This document shows, in pieces, positions 34,799 to 37,717 of a stretch of DNA of 37,717 nucleotides. The notes beneath the pieces are model-generated. The model ran no database searches and was not told the DNA's origin. It saw nothing but the letters and a program-made list of their open reading frames with translations. This DNA is from a virus (taxonomy: Duplodnaviria; Caudoviricetes): the IMG/VR virus record IMGVR_UViG_3300025288_000006, positions 1-37,717 of that record. One strand, written 5' to 3'. The translations under genes and the position numbers were made by a program. How positions within the stretch are numbered: the first letter of the stretch is position 1; each line of letters opens with the position of its first letter.

Positions 34799-35066
34799 AG
34801 GGGATCACCGTGTGCGGCATGTTGCAGGGAAGCCAGCCGATCACTTCGCCGCGCCCTTCGGTGAAACAATCTTGCGACCAGCACCAGCCGACAAACTGCC
34901 ACTCGTCTGTGCCGGTGTCTTCAAGATTATTAAAGCCGAGGGTCCACGCCTTGCGCGCGTCTTCCAGCGGGTGTTCGCCTTCGGTGTAGTCCACCAGAAG
35001 CCAGAGCATTTTACCTGTCTTCGGCGCGTCTTTCATCGGCTTGGCCGGTTGCGGGGTGTCTGTCAT
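34788..35066 (-). CDS. Hypothetical protein (92 aa, APKTG / DUF551-like)
   Basis: AAAGGAG RBS; PM.DAPKTG...W...GWLP pattern. Confidence 0.65.
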   Translation of the reverse strand: MTDTPQPAKPMKDAPKTGKMLWLLVDYTEGEHPLEDARKAWTLGFNNLEDTGTDEWQFVGWCWSQDCFTEGRGEVIGWLPCNMPHTVIPYDC

Positions 35067-35106
35067 GGGTGCTCCTTTGCTCGGCCGGTTCGCTCGGCCG
35101 CAAAGG

Positions 35107-35156
35107 TATCTTGCCGCATTGCTATCAAGATTGCAAGATAACAATGCGGCAAGATA
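35107..35156. repeat. Perfect 15-bp inverted repeat; parS-like centromere/operator or recombination site
   Basis: TATCTTGCCGCATTG-20 nt-CAATGCGGCAAGATA, between the int stop and the par operon. Confidence 0.75.
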
Positions 35157-35157
35157 G

Positions 35158-36321
35158 TCAGCTAGCAGCGGCCATAAGGTGCGCGCCGATATCCTCAATC
35201 GTCGGCGTGCGGATCAGATCGAGCTTGGCCGTGGCCTGATCGGCAAGCAGCCTTTGCCGGGGCAGGTAGGTTTCCAGAATGTCGAGCCCGCTTTGCAGGG
35301 TGTGCCCGCTGATAGAGCAGATTTGCGCAATGCTGGCCCCACTCTGTGCGGCCCAGACCATGCCTGACCGGCGCAGATCGCGCGCGGCCAGCTCGCCCTT
35401 GTGCGTGGGCTCGCGCACGGCCGCATCCGTGCCGGTCAGCGATGGCATATCCTTGGCGGCCGCTGTGCGCACGGTGTCCCATGCGCGTTCAAAGGCGCGC
35501 AAGGTGTAGGTTGTGCGGGTGCGCTCGCTTGGAAAGAGGGGCGCTTGCGCGTCATCGGGCAGGGTGCCGAGGCGGTCAATGACCAGGGCGTGCAGGCGGA
35601 ATGACAGCTCGGCCTTGGTCTTGGACTGCGTGAGGTAAAGCGCGCCCTGGTCGATCTGGTGGCGGGTCAGGCTGAGAATGTCGCTGACGCGCTGCATGGT
35701 CGCGGCCGTGGTCAGCGCCACCGCCGCCACGCTTGGCAGCTTCAACCGCTCGGCTGTGCGGATCATGGCCCAAAGCTCGTCACGGGTTGCGATGCGATTG
35801 CGCCGCTCGCGGGGGGCTGCGCTGATCCCGATTGCCGGATTTGTCGCAAGCAGGTTCTCATCAACGGCCCATGACAGGAAGGCGCGCAATGCGCCCAGGC
35901 TGTTGCGTGCATCATCGGGGCTGATGGCTGCAAGGGCGGTGTGCCATGCCGAGATTTCGCGGCGGGTGAGCTGGTCGAGCCGCTTTGCGCCAAGCGTTGC
36001 CTTTGCCCGCGCCAGGTGCCGTTCATAGTCGCGCTGTGTGCGGGGCGACAGGCTGCGCCATTCATCGCTAGCTTGATATCTTGCGAGCATGTCGGCAACT
36101 GTCTGCGCCGCCGGGCGGGTGCTGGCCTCGGCTGACAGGAAGGCATCGGCGCCGGTGTTCAGCTCGTCCGCTTGGGCGAGTGCGGCCGTGGTCAGAATGC
36201 CGAGCGCCTGGCTCTTGAAGCCTTGACGGCGCAGGGTGGCCGATGGTTCCCAGAATGCCCGGCCCGACCGGACTTGAACGCGAGGGGTGCGCGCGGCGCG
36301 CAGGGTGAGGCTCTTGCTCAT
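35158..36321 (-). CDS. int: Tyrosine recombinase/integrase
   Basis: Catalytic set: R (MQRVSD), K (QSKT), RDLRRS, SGH and Y (LETY); SAM-like core-binding region; ATG at 36321 after AAAGGA. Confidence 0.9.
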   Translation of the reverse strand: MSKSLTLRAARTPRVQVRSGRAFWEPSATLRRQGFKSQALGILTTAALAQADELNTGADAFLSAEASTRPAAQTVADMLARYQASDEWRSLSPRTQRDYERHLARAKATLGAKRLDQLTRREISAWHTALAAISPDDARNSLGALRAFLSWAVDENLLATNPAIGISAAPRERRNRIATRDELWAMIRTAERLKLPSVAAVALTTAATMQRVSDILSLTRHQIDQGALYLTQSKTKAELSFRLHALVIDRLGTLPDDAQAPLFPSERTRTTYTLRAFERAWDTVRTAAAKDMPSLTGTDAAVREPTHKGELAARDLRRSGMVWAAQSGASIAQICSISGHTLQSGLDILETYLPRQRLLADQATAKLDLIRTPTIEDIGAHLMAAAS

Positions 36322-36347
36322 GGGTGCTTCCTTTGCTGGGAGGGGTG

Positions 36348-36701
36348 CTAGTTCGCTATGGCACTCGGGAGGGTTTGTTGCTCGGCTTCCATGCGAAAGG
36401 TGCGGGCAATCTGTGACAGTATGTGTCGCTTGTCTGGCGGCATTGCGCGGTAGAGCTGCACGAGCTCGGCCTCTTCGCTGCCCTCGGGCGTCGGCTGATT
36501 GGCAAACGCGGGTAAAAGATCGACGGCCTTGCACCCAAGGATTGCCGCGAGTGTCTGCGCCCTTTCGGGCGACATGGATATGGTGCCATTTTCGAGCTTG
36601 GATATGAGCTGTTGTGATATCCCGGCGCTCTGCGCGAGGGTCGCTTGCGATAGGCCGCGCGCGATCCGGCGGAGCCGTAGGCTTGGGTTCTCTTGCATCA
36701 T
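36348..36701 (-). CDS. XRE-family HTH repressor (CI-like, no S24 peptidase domain)
   Basis: LRLRRIARGLSQATLAQSAGISQQLISKLENG; divergent from a cro-like gene. Confidence 0.88.
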   Translation of the reverse strand: MMQENPSLRLRRIARGLSQATLAQSAGISQQLISKLENGTISMSPERAQTLAAILGCKAVDLLPAFANQPTPEGSEEAELVQLYRAMPPDKRHILSQIARTFRMEAEQQTLPSAIAN

Positions 36702-36730
36702 TGGACCTTTGAGCGTGTCAACAATATAGC

Positions 36731-36815
36731 TAGCTACTCCAATTTGGAGTTTATGACAAGGCGGCGCTTGTATTTCATCCCAACCCGGCGTAGCAATCTT
36801 ACTACGTTTTGGAGC
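36731..36815. promoter_or_regulatory. Immunity switch: divergent promoters and operators
   Basis: Leftward TTGTCA-17-TAGCTA (36759-36731) with operator ACTCCAATTTGGAGT (36736-36750) in its spacer. Rightward TTGTAT-17-TAGCAA (36768-36796) with degenerate operator ACTACGTTTTGGAGC (36801-36815). Confidence 0.75.
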
Positions 36816-36835
36816 AATGAGGGGGTTTCTTGCGC

Positions 36836-37063
36836 ATGACGCTGAACGAATGGGCAGAAACGGCGGGCCTCACGGATCGCCAGATCGCCGGCAAGATGAC
36901 TGAGTGGCTCGCCCAAGAGGGGGAGGATGACACGGTGTCGGTGCCTGCCGTCCAGAAATATCGCAACGGCCGTGTGCCCAAGGGGGCAAGGATGCGGGCG
37001 ATATTTGCGATCACCGAAGGGTGGGTAACGGCAAACGATTTCTTTGATCTTCCCGTGGTCTGA
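36836..37063 (+). CDS. Cro-like HTH regulator
   Basis: MTL.EW, V.KY..GRVP....M..I...T.G.VTANDF pattern; GAGGGG RBS. Confidence 0.82.
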   Translation: MTLNEWAETAGLTDRQIAGKMTEWLAQEGEDDTVSVPAVQKYRNGRVPKGARMRAIFAITEGWVTANDFFDLPVV

Positions 37064-37065
37064 CC

Positions 37066-37717
37066 GTGGCGCGGGTGGATGACCGGGCGGAAACGCCGGA
37101 AGAGCGACAGCGCCGCCAGCGTGAAGAGGTGCGCGCGATTGCCGCTATGCTTCAGGATAGGGTGGGTGATCTCGCCCCGATCCTGTTGCCGGAAGGCCGG
37201 ATTGAAAACCGGGGCCGCGAGTGGCGCGCCGGTGCCCGTGGCGGCAGGTCGATCATGCTGCACGGCCCGACACGCGGGGTTTACCGGGATTTTGAGAGTG
37301 GCGAGAAGGGCTGCGACATGCTGCAAGCCGTCGCCGTGATCCTCTGCAATGGCTCGGTGCGCGATGCAATCGCCTGGGCGCGCTCGTTCCTCGGCCTCGC
37401 CGATGCCGACGCGGAAGCCTACGCGCTGGCCAACAAGCGCGCCGAGGAACGCCGCAAGGCTGATGAGATCAAGCGTGCCGATCTCGATGTGAAGCGCCGC
37501 CGTCAGGCGGGCGGGCTCTGGCACTCGGCCGAGCCTGTCGCGGGTGGACCGGCTGACCAATACCTGCGGGGCAGGGGCATTGATATCTCAAAGCTGGCAC
37601 GGCCGCCGTCTGCCTTGCGGTTCAACCCGAAGACCTGGTGCCAGGACCGGCGGGCCGAGCACCCGGCAATGGTGGCCGCACTGTTCCGCCTTGGCGATCC
37701 GGCCCTCGTGGCCGCGC
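37066..37717 (+). CDS. DNA primase, N-terminal part (continues through the join to 594)
   Basis: GTG start right after cro; L...LLP.G......EWR.G, DFESGEKG.D and YLRGRGI motifs; no stop before the window end. Confidence 0.82.
   Translation, partial: MARVDDRAETPEERQRRQREEVRAIAAMLQDRVGDLAPILLPEGRIENRGREWRAGARGGRSIMLHGPTRGVYRDFESGEKGCDMLQAVAVILCNGSVRDAIAWARSFLGLADADAEAYALANKRAEERRKADEIKRADLDVKRRRQAGGLWHSAEPVAGGPADQYLRGRGIDISKLARPPSALRFNPKTWCQDRRAEHPAMVAALFRLGDPALVAA
37591..37717. repeat. Duplicate of positions 1-127
   Basis: Exact identity with the window start. Confidence 0.97.

Noticed and set aside
35158-36321. Recombinase as a protelomerase (linear N15-like plasmid prophage)
   Set aside because: It has an ordinary integrase size and motif layout, and no long perfect telRL-type palindrome was seen.
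37591-37717. 127-bp terminal direct repeat as a biological DTR
   Set aside because: The length equals a common assembler k-mer and it falls mid-primase; it indicates circularity only.

Overview
The window is a complete circular genome of about 37,590 bp. Positions 37591-37717 duplicate 1-127, a typical k=127 assembly overlap. It is a GC-rich temperate podovirus-like phage, probably of an alphaproteobacterial host (inferred from the replicase type and promoter style). It looks like a phage-plasmid. It carries an RPA/RepA-type plasmid replicase with an iteron and DnaA-box origin, a ParA plus ribbon-helix-helix partition pair with parS-like repeats, a tyrosine recombinase, and a cI/cro-like switch. 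It also has a primase and SF3 helicase with a separate TGTAAC-repeat region, a T7/BPP-1-type virion module (terminase, portal, scaffold, capsid, tail tubes, ejection proteins, tail fibre), and a GH24 endolysin-holin-spanin lysis cassette. The most unusual signal is non-coding. A hairpin with a GCGAAC loop and covarying stems sits about 30 nt upstream of the start codons of many accessory and lysogeny genes. A second repeated structured element of about 52 bp begins exactly at the stop codon of three consecutive genes in a leftward operon of small, anti-defence-like genes (2.8-5.9 kb). A 15-bp palindrome from the immunity region also recurs in front of the capsid and tail-fibre genes. All family assignments come from motif recognition by eye, not from database searches.
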